DNA of 55,471 bases, counting the filler, from Sluysia triapertura (lineage: Eukaryota), in assembly GCA_046118255.1 (NCBI GenBank). It is 4 parts of 4 records of this genome, joined end to end, with 100 filler letters (N's around TTAATTAATTAA, not from the genome) between each part and the next. Parts side by side here need not be neighbours in the genome. Positions count along the whole stretch, not along the records: positions 1 to 15,284 come from JBJNIA010232343.1; 3 more parts are not named here. One strand, 5' to 3'. Position numbers and translations under genes: made by a program. Shown here piece by piece: positions 1 through 10,901 of the stretch; the stretch's first letter is position 1; every line of letters starts with the position of its first letter. The notes under the pieces are model-generated. The model searched no databases, was not told where the DNA came from, and worked only from the letters and a program-made list of their open reading frames with translations.

Positions 1-3000
1 AAGTTTGGTATAAAGCGTATATACTAAGCGAACTGACCCTACAGACAATTTGTTAGGAATAAGAAAAAATTCTAACATTAACAATAAAATGAAGAGTAGT
101 TCAAAGCTATAAATGCTTGCGTTGTGAAAGTCTTGAAGAAATAATAAAAGATATGAAAACCAAATTCCAAGTCAAGCTGGTGAAACAATTATAAGTTTCA
201 AGTTAGTTTAAGATTATGAAACATATAAGGAAAATATTTTACATTCAAAAACTATTAAAATGAATATATCTTGAATGCTTTGAACAATTATTTCGTACTA
301 GATATTAATATAGTATTAAAAATTAATACGGTATTTTATCTTTAATATTAGAAAAATTATTTACAGGATATTGTGAATTAAATTTGTAATATTTTGGAAC
401 ATTATTATTTCTCGAAAACATGAAAATATTAACAACCCTTCGTCGAAAGGTATAAAAATTAACTTTACAAGCAATAAATCATGTTTACATATAAAACAGG
501 AAAAGTCCAAATTTTCATACAACTTTCAAATATTTTATATAATATCAATACTAGTATTACATTAATTATAAAGAAATTATTTCAATATTGAACTTGCATA
601 AAGACAGAAAAGTGGTATTGTTAATGAACAATGTAACAAATCACACAACATCAATATCAACTGAGGTTTAACGAAATATGTTATTAGAACTGTGTTTACG
701 TTTTTCTGTGCACTGTATAGTGGTTCGATGTATTGTAGTTTATTTAATAGCTTCTTTACGTAAGATGTGTTAATTTGTATTGGTGTTTGCTTATGACTGT
801 TGTGAGTACAGACTTTGATTATTGTATATATATATATAACTTTACAAATATATATATTTGTATTATGAATATAAATTATTTCATGTAATCATTAATTTAT
901 TAGCATACTTAAATAAATTTAAAATCTAAATACAAAACAATAAATATTATTTATAATGGAAACATAATAAATACTTTGCTAATGGATTATGAATCCATTA
1001 AATAATTAATTGAATAATATAAAAAAGTAGATAAAACATTTAGTTCAAATAAGAGATTAAATTGTAGACTGAAAATCCATTAAATAATAATACAATTAAT
1101 ATATTAAATTGTAGGCTGAATCCATAAATCAATTTGTTAACTTATGTATCAACCGCTAATGGAAATTATTGAACTAATGTATCAATCATTAATGACTAAA
1201 TAATAATGAGTTATAGACAATTACAGTTTTCAATTGTAGCATTTAAGTTGATTCAAACTGTTCACGGTCTTGAGCAAAGTAGTTTCATACCACAAACAAG
1301 ATAAAAATCTCTGGACAATAAATTCCACAATTATTCTTTATACAAATTTAGCAGTAAGTTCATTCATTTCGGGGTGCAATAAAATATCAGTAAAATTTGC
1401 AAGACTGACCTTAAGTTAGTTATGAATTCTTAATTAAAATATTTTATTTGTTGGTAGTGAATAAAGCTTAAGAACTTTATTATTATTATTATTATTATTT
1501 AATTGAAATTACTTGACTGTGAAATATCGTTATAAACATTTGAATTAAAGTTGCATTAGTTTTAAAGGTTATTTTTTATCGTTAATTTTTATTTAATTGT
1601 TAATAGAATTTTAACCCTCAGATTGATTTAAACCCTTACATATTGGGGAAGCATACATTATAAAAAGTTAATTTAATTTAATCTTATTTAAGTTCTTAAA
1701 TCTTCTTGTAGATACGCCTCCATAAACTGTAGGCTACAAGCGGACCCTTAAGTTCATTCCATTTTGCAAGTAAAGTACAATCACCAAACATTTTGGCATT
1801 TGAATTTCGATATTGTGTAGGTTTATATAATGAAGAAAATTTTTAAAATCTACAATACAACTTCCTATAATAAACCAAACCATTTAAATTTTGTTAGATT
1901 AAATTTAATAATACCAACAATTTTAAAGAGCTTCTAAAAAATCATGTCAAAATCATTACATTTGTTATCTAAATGTAATGACTAAATATTTCAATATCTA
2001 TCTCGAAAATGCGAATTAAAACGTTTTAATATGCGATAATCGAATAATGGCAACAATTCACTGTAAATTCATTATTACAAAAGTTAATGATATTAAGTAA
2101 AAGAGATAATTTAGAGTTATACAAGATTTTTATATATTTACTATTAATGTTTGGATCTGGTGTTATGTTTGAGATGAGATTTTGTGTATTATTCATTTGG
2201 TATTTGTGTTGAAGCCCCAAACAAAGTTCCAACAAAATGTCTTCTTTAGTAATTTAATAAATATAATACTAAAATAAATAAACTAACCGAATATTTCTCA
2301 TATTGATTCCACCTTGTTCATATCTAAATAAGTTATGAAGGTCAACAAAAGTTAAAAATAAAACATTATCAACAATTACCAGCAATATTGTTTTATTCAG
2401 AATGGAAATAAATAATCATAAAGAGACACTAATCTTATCAATATTACACATTAATCAAAACCACAAATAATCAACGATACTAAACGTATTTCTAGTTTTC
2501 ATTGCTCACTTTATTGTATCATTATCATTATCATTACTAATTTATTAAACTTGATGATTATGCCCATCCTTGGAATAGGTGATGGATAAATTATTATCAC
2601 ATCATTCTTATTATTGTTGTCTTTTTAACAACCACTCATATTAATAAGCAACTGTACGGAAAATCTTTGAAATTCCGGTATGATTTTTTTAAATATACAT
2701 ACAAATGTTTATACAGGATATAATTATTTTACAACAATTTATTTACAATTTGTATATTCCACAAATTTTACCGCCTAATTCATTTCGCAGAAAAAATATC
2801 TTTGAAATATCCTTATAGATAAAATATTTTATTTATACTTGAATTGAAGTTCACACATTTATGTATCAATAAATAACATGTTTGTTATCGAGACAGAAGA
2901 AAATCTTGGATATGTTTGCTAACAAATGATTTTAAGTAGAATTGGACATTATAACTGCGAAAAGTAGTGGTGCCTCAATTTATCGAAAACTGATATGATA

Positions 3001-3611
3001 GGTACCACACATTTGCGAAGCCGGGCTCAAAAGCAAGAACTGATACGTCACATAAATGCGAGACACGTTGATAGCGAACATGTTTTAGATATTCGAAAAA
3101 GTGATCGATATTCTAGTTGAACAGTTTAACTGAAATATTGGAATGTATTAATGGATATAAGTATATTATATCCATAATAATAACAAAATTTGGCAAAGTA
3201 GTAACACAGTAAAGTTATTATGTATCATGGGTTGTGTAAACTGAGAATAGACATTGCTATTGCTTTTGTATTTAGGTTAAAACTAATTGTGTGTTAATAT
3301 ATTTGTGTTTGATTTTTTATTTGGTGTGTTAAAGCTGTGTAGTGAACCCCTATACTAGAAAATATCTTAGAACTTTGGATGTTGCTATCCATTCACTTAA
3401 AAATGCATCTTTTGTTTCAATGAGATTTAAAATTAATAATTGGTTCTGTTACATTTTTGTAATATTCCAATTTCCGACAATTAATTTCCTCATTTATAAT
3501 ATTCTAAATATTGATAATTTGTTATATTAATTTCATTAAATGTTCTATTTTTAGTCATAATTTGGTAGTTGAATATATAGGTTTATTAGTTTTGAAGTTT
3601 TACATTAAATT

Positions 3612-4199
3612 TTATAAAAATTGGTTAAAATTATCTTTATTAATGTAAAAGACCAAATAAGTTAAGTTTAAATTAAACAATATACTAAATTTATTTACGA
3701 CTGAAAAATAATTAGTAACAAAACACAAATTTATTTTGAATACACTTAGATTTATGTTTATTATAAATATTAAATGTTCTAAAGATTTCTCTGTGAGCAA
3801 AGACATAACATTTAAAATTTTGTCTATAATTTCGTCAGAATCATTCTGAAAAAAGGTACAATTATGATTGATCATAAAGAATATAAATTCAATCTGTTTT
3901 ACACGAATACTACGATCTATATCTAAAATAAAATCTTTTTGAATTTGATTACGAGTCTCATTCAAGCAACACCATAACACAGGTAGTAATTTTAATCGAC
4001 ATTCTAAGTTACATTTATGACAACGAACTTTTATATACATTCGAACAAAGTTTAGTGTCATTATTGAAAACGAATTCTCATTGCAGAGATCTCTAAAATA
4101 ATCAAACTTGACATTGCTCAATGATGATGACTTTGGTCGATTATAAATAAAATATGGGATATGATTGATGAAATTCACGGAGAAAAAGCATCTAGGCAA
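3612..4199 (-). CDS. 195-codon open frame of unknown product, probably an exon or gene fragment
   Basis: Long stop-free frame in very AT-rich DNA, preceded by a pyrimidine tract, cctaat and tag at ~4192-4194 (acceptor-like). No recognisable motif. Confidence 0.35.
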   Translation of the reverse strand: MPRCFFSVNFINHIPYFIYNRPKSSSLSNVKFDYFRDLCNENSFSIMTLNFVRMYIKVRCHKCNLECRLKLLPVLWCCLNETRNQIQKDFILDIDRSIRVKQIEFIFFMINHNCTFFQNDSDEIIDKILNVMSLLTEKSLEHLIFIININLSVFKINLCFVTNYFSVVNKFSILFNLNLTYLVFYINKDNFNQFL

Positions 4200-4249
4200 T
4201 TAGGTGTCAAAGAAATAAAAAGGTATTTATTGTAAATAGGTAAAACTTG

Positions 4250-4290
4250 TAATAATAATAATATTAATTATAATAATAATAATAATAATA

Positions 4291-4329
<39 letters not shown>

Positions 4330-4338
4330 GTTATTATT
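4250..4338. repeat. (TAA)n-(TTA)n head-to-head microsatellite palindrome
   Basis: A TAA run flips to a TTA run at ~4291. Confidence 0.9.
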
Positions 4339-6064
4339 AATGTTGAAAAAGTATTAATGAATATTTAAAAAAATACAAATGAATATTTTTACCGATACAA
4401 AATCTTTTTTGCTAAAAATAATAAAAGTCGATGCACGTGCAAGTTTGCAATATTCCGCTCTTCTCTGCAATATTAGAATCAAAATCCAAAATCACAATTA
4501 AAATCTTGATTGTTTTTGTATTTTTTGGCAAAAAAGGTTCTAAAATGTGTTTTCTGATATAAAAAAATTGATTTTTTTCCCGGTCTTTCCAAAAGAACTG
4601 TGCGCCAAGGGTTCAAAAGATAGAGAAAGAAAAACATAATAAATCCGAGAACGCTTGCCAAATGAAAATGTAATACAAGAAGAGTTTGTTTGAACAACAC
4701 CACTTGGTCCTTTCATTTTCATTTATGAGTAATTTTTAATTATTAATAATAATCATTATCATTCTAATTTGGCACTTGCAATAACAATCAATCGAGCAGA
4801 GAAGAGGAAAATGAAAGGTGAACATTGTTATAGTCATGTTTATCAAATATGTTTAAATGATTTGTTCAAGAAACTGAAGAATGTAACAAGAGCAAGTTTA
4901 ATTTGTTTGTTCATCTGATATATAAATAACTTTCAGCGAATGGTATTTTAACCCATTATATTATAACTTGTGGAGAACTTGCAAACTTTAATATACAAGG
5001 TAACAAGTTGAAAAAAGCTACCAATAAATTGTTTTTACAAAAATTATACTTCATTTTTATTTCTTCCCAACTAGTAATTTACGAATAGCTACTGCACTAC
5101 TTACTGATGACAGATGTTGCAGATAAACTCAGTTACAGTCAAATTGTTCAATATTACATGAATTGAATGTAAGTTTGCGTCAGCCTTTTTAAGTTTACAG
5201 AAAATTGTGTCCCGTTTTTTTAGAATTTTTATATTTTCATCTGTATTTGTGTTATTCATGATTTGTTTTTTTGCTTAAACGTGTATGCAAGTAAGAAAAA
5301 AGATATCGAGTCTTTGCAAACCACATGAGTATACTCGTTCTTGATTTTTATACATGAAAATTATTATTTATGAAATATGTGTATTTATCTTGAAATAATA
5401 AAACTTAGATAAATAGAAATGGCAAAGCGAATAACTCCATACACTTTAGACTTGGAATCGAATGAGTTAACTAATAAATCTGAGTCTTTCTGAAACCGTT
5501 CGTTGTTCTTCATTATTTTTCCACTTTTTAGATTACCTTGTACTAAAAATAAACTGACCTCCTATGCTCATTTAGAAAATCGAAAAGACCACGTGGTACA
5601 GTAGCAACACAAAAACTTTATTTGAATGTATATAGCATTTCTTTCTATGTGACCTATTTCATAACAATATTCTAAAAATTTATAAGATTCTTTTTGAAAG
5701 ATTCTTATAAGATTCTTAATACAGATATAATAAATATCAGTTCAAAATCGTAATAATCAATTCTAATTGAGATGTTATCTTGTTGAAAATCCCTACCTAC
5801 TTTGGCTGGGAAGATACCAGAAACAAATACCACATGCCAATAATCATCCATTTCAGTTAAAACTTGTTCTAGTCATAAAAGCACTTTTCATTAAGATAGT
5901 CTGATAAGAATTTTGAGATAAACCAAATCGATTATTTATGTGATGTTTGTTTATATATATATCTATTGTGCTATAATTTGTTCAATTTTCTGAAAATGTG
6001 TTAGTGAGAATAAGTACAGAAAAGATAAATAATATTCAGGAAGAATGACCGACATTATAAAATA

Positions 6065-6393
6065 TCATACTACATGTAATTTTGTAATAACTATTTTGTG
6101 AGCCGCTAGACGTATATTAATAGGTATTTCTATAACTTGATCATCAACTGTTACAATTAATCTATCCATACTTTTATCTTCCTTTATCATTGCATATTTC
6201 AAAGAATAGACATGATTTAAACCTCATATGACTTTTCTGTTACTGTTAAAAATCACAATAAATTCTTACAATGAAGTGGATAAAGTCGTACAGATAAACT
6301 TCTTGTACTAATATTTTGTACTTGCACTAATCTAACATAAATTTCATTAATTTCACAATTCAAAATGTTTATAATTTTCGGTTATACTCCAAG
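6065..6393 (-). pseudogene. CFAP47-like (ASH/Ig-like domain ciliary protein) N-terminal fragment
   Basis: LGV*PKIINILNCEINEIYVRLVQVQNISTRSLSVRLYPLHCKN/(fs)IVIFNSNRKVI*GLNHVYFFEICNDKGDKSMDRLIVTVDDQVIEIPINIR. Resembles the recalled CFAP47 N-terminus 'LRVIPAEVKF...VYRLPITVHNI...KIRF...ELASGL...DKDEDTFDRLLISIENKTTEIPL'. Two stops and one frameshift. Confidence 0.65.
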
Positions 6394-6747
6394 TAATCCA
6401 TGAAACGTACTAGCTAAAACTAATTTTTCATTTGTAGTTAACTTTGGCTTAACAAATTTTATATTTACTGGATAATTATTGTGGTCTTTAAAATATTGCA
6501 GTACATCACATACATCTTCAAATTTACCATCTTTTATTTGCTTGTCGTTAACAGAATAAACAACATGACCCATTTTTAAATTATCTTTTCACCAAAGTCG
6601 AGTACTATATTTCTATCAACATATTCGAATGACATATATAATGGAAAACTAAATGTTTTTTTCTATATCTATTGTTGGAATGCAATGATCATAATAATAT
6701 TGTAAACCACCTAATTCACTAATAATTATAATACTATAAATGGACAT
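6394..6747 (-). pseudogene. TRAPPC4: TRAPPC4 (synbindin/Trs23) 5' fragment, codons 1 to ~118, two frameshifts, C-terminal half absent
   Basis: ATG at 6747: MSIYSIIIISELGGLQYYYD..IDIEK/(+1)TFSFPLYMSFEYVDRNIVLDFGE/(-1)DNLKMGHVVYSVN...VLQYFKDHNNYPVNIKFVKPKLTTNEKLVLASTFHGL. Colinear with recalled TRAPPC4 'AGGLIYQ..EKTFSYPL..FGQRDGIRVGH...[28 protein letters not shown]'. Confidence 0.9.
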
Positions 6748-6893
6748 TATAAAGTAAACATTAATATAAGCCTCAAAAATTGTTTTTTGATTGAGTTTTT
6801 AATACACTTTTAGTATGAGTACAATTGAAATTCTAAGTATCATTTATTTTACACTCTAATTTTTATTTGGCACTGATAATTGTTACTTACGAG

Positions 6894-7060
6894 TGATTGG
6901 ACGTCCAATACCATAAAAGATATGATGTACATAATTGGTATTAATTGGGCGTCCAGTCAAGGTACAACCAAAAATGATTTCAATAAGTGTCTGTCATCGA
7001 TAGACAGAAGACATGAAATGTTGAATTAGCTCTAATTAAGCTGTCTACCGATGACAGGCA
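6894..7060. repeat. Two adjacent imperfect hairpins
   Basis: tgattggacgtccaa (6894) / ttgggcgtccagtca (to 6959), and tgtctgtcatcgatagacag (6988-7007) / ctgtctaccgatgacaggca (7041-7060; 18/20). Confidence 0.8.
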
Positions 7061-7493
7061 GTTGTGGTGGTGCAGCCTCTTAGATTACATGCATTATACT
7101 TACTCTAATCACGAACCATGTAAACCTTATCACAAAACCACACTAAAATGAAATTCATCCGTGATCCTTACACTAATACATCGTTCTTCATTAACAAAGT
7201 ATAGATGCACGACTAAATCCCTAACATCTTATTAATATTTTGCTCATTAACATTTAAATAATGTTTATTATCATTTTGTCATCACTACGACACCATTCTT
7301 TTAGTGTATTTTATTTGTGCACGATTTAAATGTTTAATTGTAACTTAAATTTAGATGCTAAACCTTCTACTTTTGTAAGATTAATCGTTTTATTGGTAGG
7401 ATTTAAGTGTACGTTTATTAAATTTATATTCGGATTATTTTCCGTTAATAACAACGTAAGATAACTTGAAGAAATTTTTCAAAATTATTATCA

Positions 7494-7883
7494 TTAGTGA
7501 GTCAAACAAGCCTGCGACATTTGTCGATTTAAGCAACAAATAAATGCACACGTATGTTCTGCTGCTGATTCGGTATTTGCAGCCGGTGCATTCAAGACTA
7601 ACATACCATATTTAGTAGCTGTTTTTAAATCAACATTATCTATTCCAGAACCAGCTGGAGCAATTATTTTCAATTTATTACCGCTTGCTTGTATTGGCCA
7701 CTTTTTCAATAATATCTTCAGTTATTGTAGTAGCAGATCGAATCATAACACAGTCATAATTTGGTAATTCATTCACTAAATCATTAGAATCGAATTTTGT
7801 ACATGATTATCTTTCAATAAGTCAATGCCGCATTTATCCAAATTGTCAGTAGACAAGATGTTTGATAATGTGAAGTTAAACAT
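7494..7883 (-). pseudogene. PHGDH: D-3-phosphoglycerate dehydrogenase 5' fragment with frameshifts, truncated
   Basis: ATG at 7883: MFNFTLSNILSTDNLDKCGIDLLKDNHV/(fs)KFDSNDLVNELPNYDCVMIRSATTITEDIIE/(fs)NKLKIIAPAGSGIDNVDLKTATKYGMLVLNAPAANTESAAEHTCAFICCLNRQMSQA. Matches PHGDH motifs IVRSAT, RAGTGVDNVDL, NTPNGN..SAAE.TC. The conserved Arg of RAG reads Pro here. Confidence 0.9.
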
Positions 7884-8295
7884 AGCAATATTGATAGTTA
7901 ATGAAAATTCAACAATTAGAACTTCGTTTATACACATTTAGTTAAACTGTAAATGTTTTAATCAGTTGCACACTTTGATTTTTCTAAATAACATCAAAAA
8001 ATGTTTATTCAAAGTCATTTGATGTAATGGTCGTGATACAAGAGTAATGAGATTCGGAAAAAAACGAATTCATGAAGTATAATTGTAAAAGTGAGTATTT
8101 TTTAAAAGTAAATTGTAAATATCTATTTTATGAATCATTTAAATTTGTACGCGATATATATGAAAATATTATAATAATAATTTTGGAAAGAAGTCTAGAA
8201 GAATTTTTGAAAAATGCAGACAAATTAACCTTGAAAATGAAAATGAAAATTGTGGAATTTCTGAGATTGTAAAAGGTAATGTTACAGTAAGTCTA

Positions 8296-8590
8296 ATGAA
8301 GCTCTCTGATTTTGAAGTTTCAAAAAAGTCGTTATTATCCACAATTTTGTTATATAGTAAAAAGAACTTGTCCGATGCAAATTATGAATTAATTAATGAC
8401 AATGTGATTAAATTTTCAGAAAAATATGAAATTGATCGAGTTTTAGGAATTAATAACAAAATTAACACTTGTTTAGTCGCTTGGAAATACTGGGCTGACG
8501 ACTTGCAGCTTGGGAAACTATATCCGATATCTACGAACCTTACCTTAAAGTGTATAATGAATCGACAAAAAAGAAGGCTTATTTGTATTT
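8296..8590 (+). pseudogene. Chromodomain-containing ORF disrupted by a 1-nt deletion
   Basis: KYEIDRVLGINNKINTCLVAWKYWADD, then a frameshift at ~8503 to AAWETISDIYEPYLKVYNE. Together these give the chromodomain pattern YEVExI...YLVKWKGY....TWEP..NL. Confidence 0.65.
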
Positions 8591-9157
8591 GGACAAATAA
8601 ATTGTTTAGTTTAAGTTATTACTCATGCATTAATTTCTACGATCTATGTATCAACATACTGAATCGTGCACAGAACTAAGAAGAATAACACTCGTATTAT
8701 CCGTTACTGTGAATTTAAAAACGATTAATTTGTTTCATAAGTTATTTTCTAGTAGAAGATGTTACATGAAAATTGTTTTGACTTTCTGACTTGTTATTTA
8801 GTAGACCAATGAAGGACCTGCACGATAAGCAATACAAACATGCAGACGGAAGATTAATATGGATATTTTGAAAATGTGAAAGTTAAAAATAATAAATCAA
8901 GTTATATATTTGAACATGAAATATCAGCAATCATTTGTTTGGGAAATAGTTAATTAATTTAAAGGAAAATTATGTTGATCCTTCTAAATCAATAAGGACT
9001 ACTGTTCATAGAATACAAAAATGACATGAAAGGTTCTGTAAAGCTTTATGTAACTGTGGAAAATTAACGAAAACTAACGTTTCGATTATTAAATAGATGT
9101 GACAATGATTTGTGCAGCAAATCACCAAAATACATTGTTTTTTAAACATTATTAAAC

Positions 9158-9191
9158 TAATGGGTTAGTGCATAAGTTCGTGCGGTTTTTT
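9158..9191 (+). mobile_element. Solo mariner TIR
   Basis: taatgggttagtgcataagttcgtgcggtttttt resembles the Hsmar1/cecropia-type TIR ttaggttggtgcaaaagtaattgcggtttt. No partner end found. Confidence 0.55.
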
Positions 9192-10733
9192 ACAGTTACA
9201 ACTACAAAGAACAAAATTCTGGACACCAACTATATATTGTAGTTCGACAACCGGTTGACAGAAGTGATTTTAAGATGACTGCTACATCCGGCTTTTTCAT
9301 ATGAACGTGTTAAAAAGTGCGTAAAAATCAAACAATAAAAAGTGTACTACATCTCTGATTAAAAAATAATAAGTAGTATTCGACATTTCTTTATATTTTT
9401 AAGAAAACTTATCCGACCTTATGCTTCATCAAATTTATCGACACCTTTTGTTGCTATATAACTCATAAATAATCCTATTGTCATTATAGTCATATGTTTG
9501 AAGATGTTTCAGAAACTCAAGAAGCTCGAGAAAAAACAAGTAACAAAGCAAAAATAGAACATCCTGTGAACAATTCCAATTTGACTATAGATCATTAGAT
9601 CAATCGAACATTACTCATTGTTCGAATACAATCACACGGAAATTAAAGATAATAAAATAATCAAAGATTTTAATATTTCAAAACATCCTTGTTATTGTTT
9701 TATTGAATATTTACCTGAATGAGTTACGAATATTGTTTGTAGAATGTGTAGAATTCAGAATCAGCAATGAAAATCCCAGTAACGGAAATATATTATATCT
9801 TGGTTAAAATTGTCAAAAAAATAAATGATACCGATTCCAAGGATACCTATTCCTTAATGTAAAATAATAATGGTACGGTATTAGACAATTAAATTTAAAT
9901 AATTTAAACACAAACACAAAATTATTGAGACAATTATAAGATAACACAATTCCTTAAATTTGTGTTAAATAGATATTATTGGCTAATTCTATTTATTGAA
10001 AAGTGATGAAGCATGTAATTTATACAGTTTTAATTATACGAATGCTAATTTCGAGGATGCAAGAAATAGAATCTCGAGATTGGATGTAGAGTGGAACCAA
10101 TAAAATGATTTTTTATCTTTTTGATTATCCTTCATTGCATTATTGCATTTTTTGGTTAAAATGTGTCAAATTTTAAAGCTGCTTGAAAAAGTAAAATTGT
10201 AGATGTAGACCAACAATATCATTCGGACCCAGTTTCCATTTCAAATAATAATGAATTTAGAGAAAATTCAAATGATTTGTCACATTGTGGGGTTAAATAA
10301 TTTTTAAAAACAGTGAAATTAGTAGACAATGTAGTTTCAATGTAGATTCACCGTCTATTTATTACTGTTCAAAATTTCGGTATCAATTTTTTCTGATCAT
10401 TCAAAAATTATGTGGTACCTAATCATTGTCATTCCAAGAATTTTACGGAATGAACTGTAGCCAACTTCAAACACATTTTATTAAATTTGAATTGTTATTA
10501 ACATTGCAAAGTTGTGGCGCTGGCTTAATCTTGGTACTATTATTGATTAAAGGAGGTATTCCAAAAAATGATCATAATTCAGATCAAATGCGATGTTTAT
10601 TTTGATATTTTGAAATGCGATAGTTTCATTTTGTTACTATTATGATTGTGCCATTCATTGTGATATTGCGGTTGATATGTTTAGAGAATATATTTTTGAA
10701 ATTGATATTTTAATCCTTTCGAGACGATATTAA

Positions 10734-10804
10734 CACATTATGAGCGGGTATTCTTAAGTACAGTCCATAAAACGGGTAATAATACCCGCCCCGCTCATAA
10801 TGTG
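10734..10804. mobile_element. 71-bp piggyBac-type MITE
   Basis: TTAA|CACATTATGAGCGGG...CCCGCTCATAATGTG|TTAA: perfect 15-bp TIR with TTAA on both sides. Confidence 0.8.
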
Positions 10805-10830
10805 TTAAAATATCGCAGTTATCGGTTTAA

Positions 10831-10901
10831 CCCCTTAACGCGCAGAAACGTATTAACACGGGTGTGAATTAAGTTTTTTTTAAAAATTGTGCGTTAATGG
10901 G
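10831..10901. mobile_element. 71-bp piggyBac-type MITE (second family)
   Basis: TTAA|CCCCTTAACGCGCA...TGTGCGTTAATGGG|TTAA: TIR matching 12/14, TTAA flanks. Confidence 0.75.

Noticed and set aside
960-1200. Short degenerate direct repeats (gaatccattaaat, tgtatcaa)
   Set aside because: Low-complexity local duplication with no regular period or other structure.
6065-6393. Alternative genetic code or stop readthrough explaining in-frame TAA/TGA
   Set aside because: The same fragments also carry frameshifts, and the UNC5 exons have no internal stops and end at TGA at the expected position.
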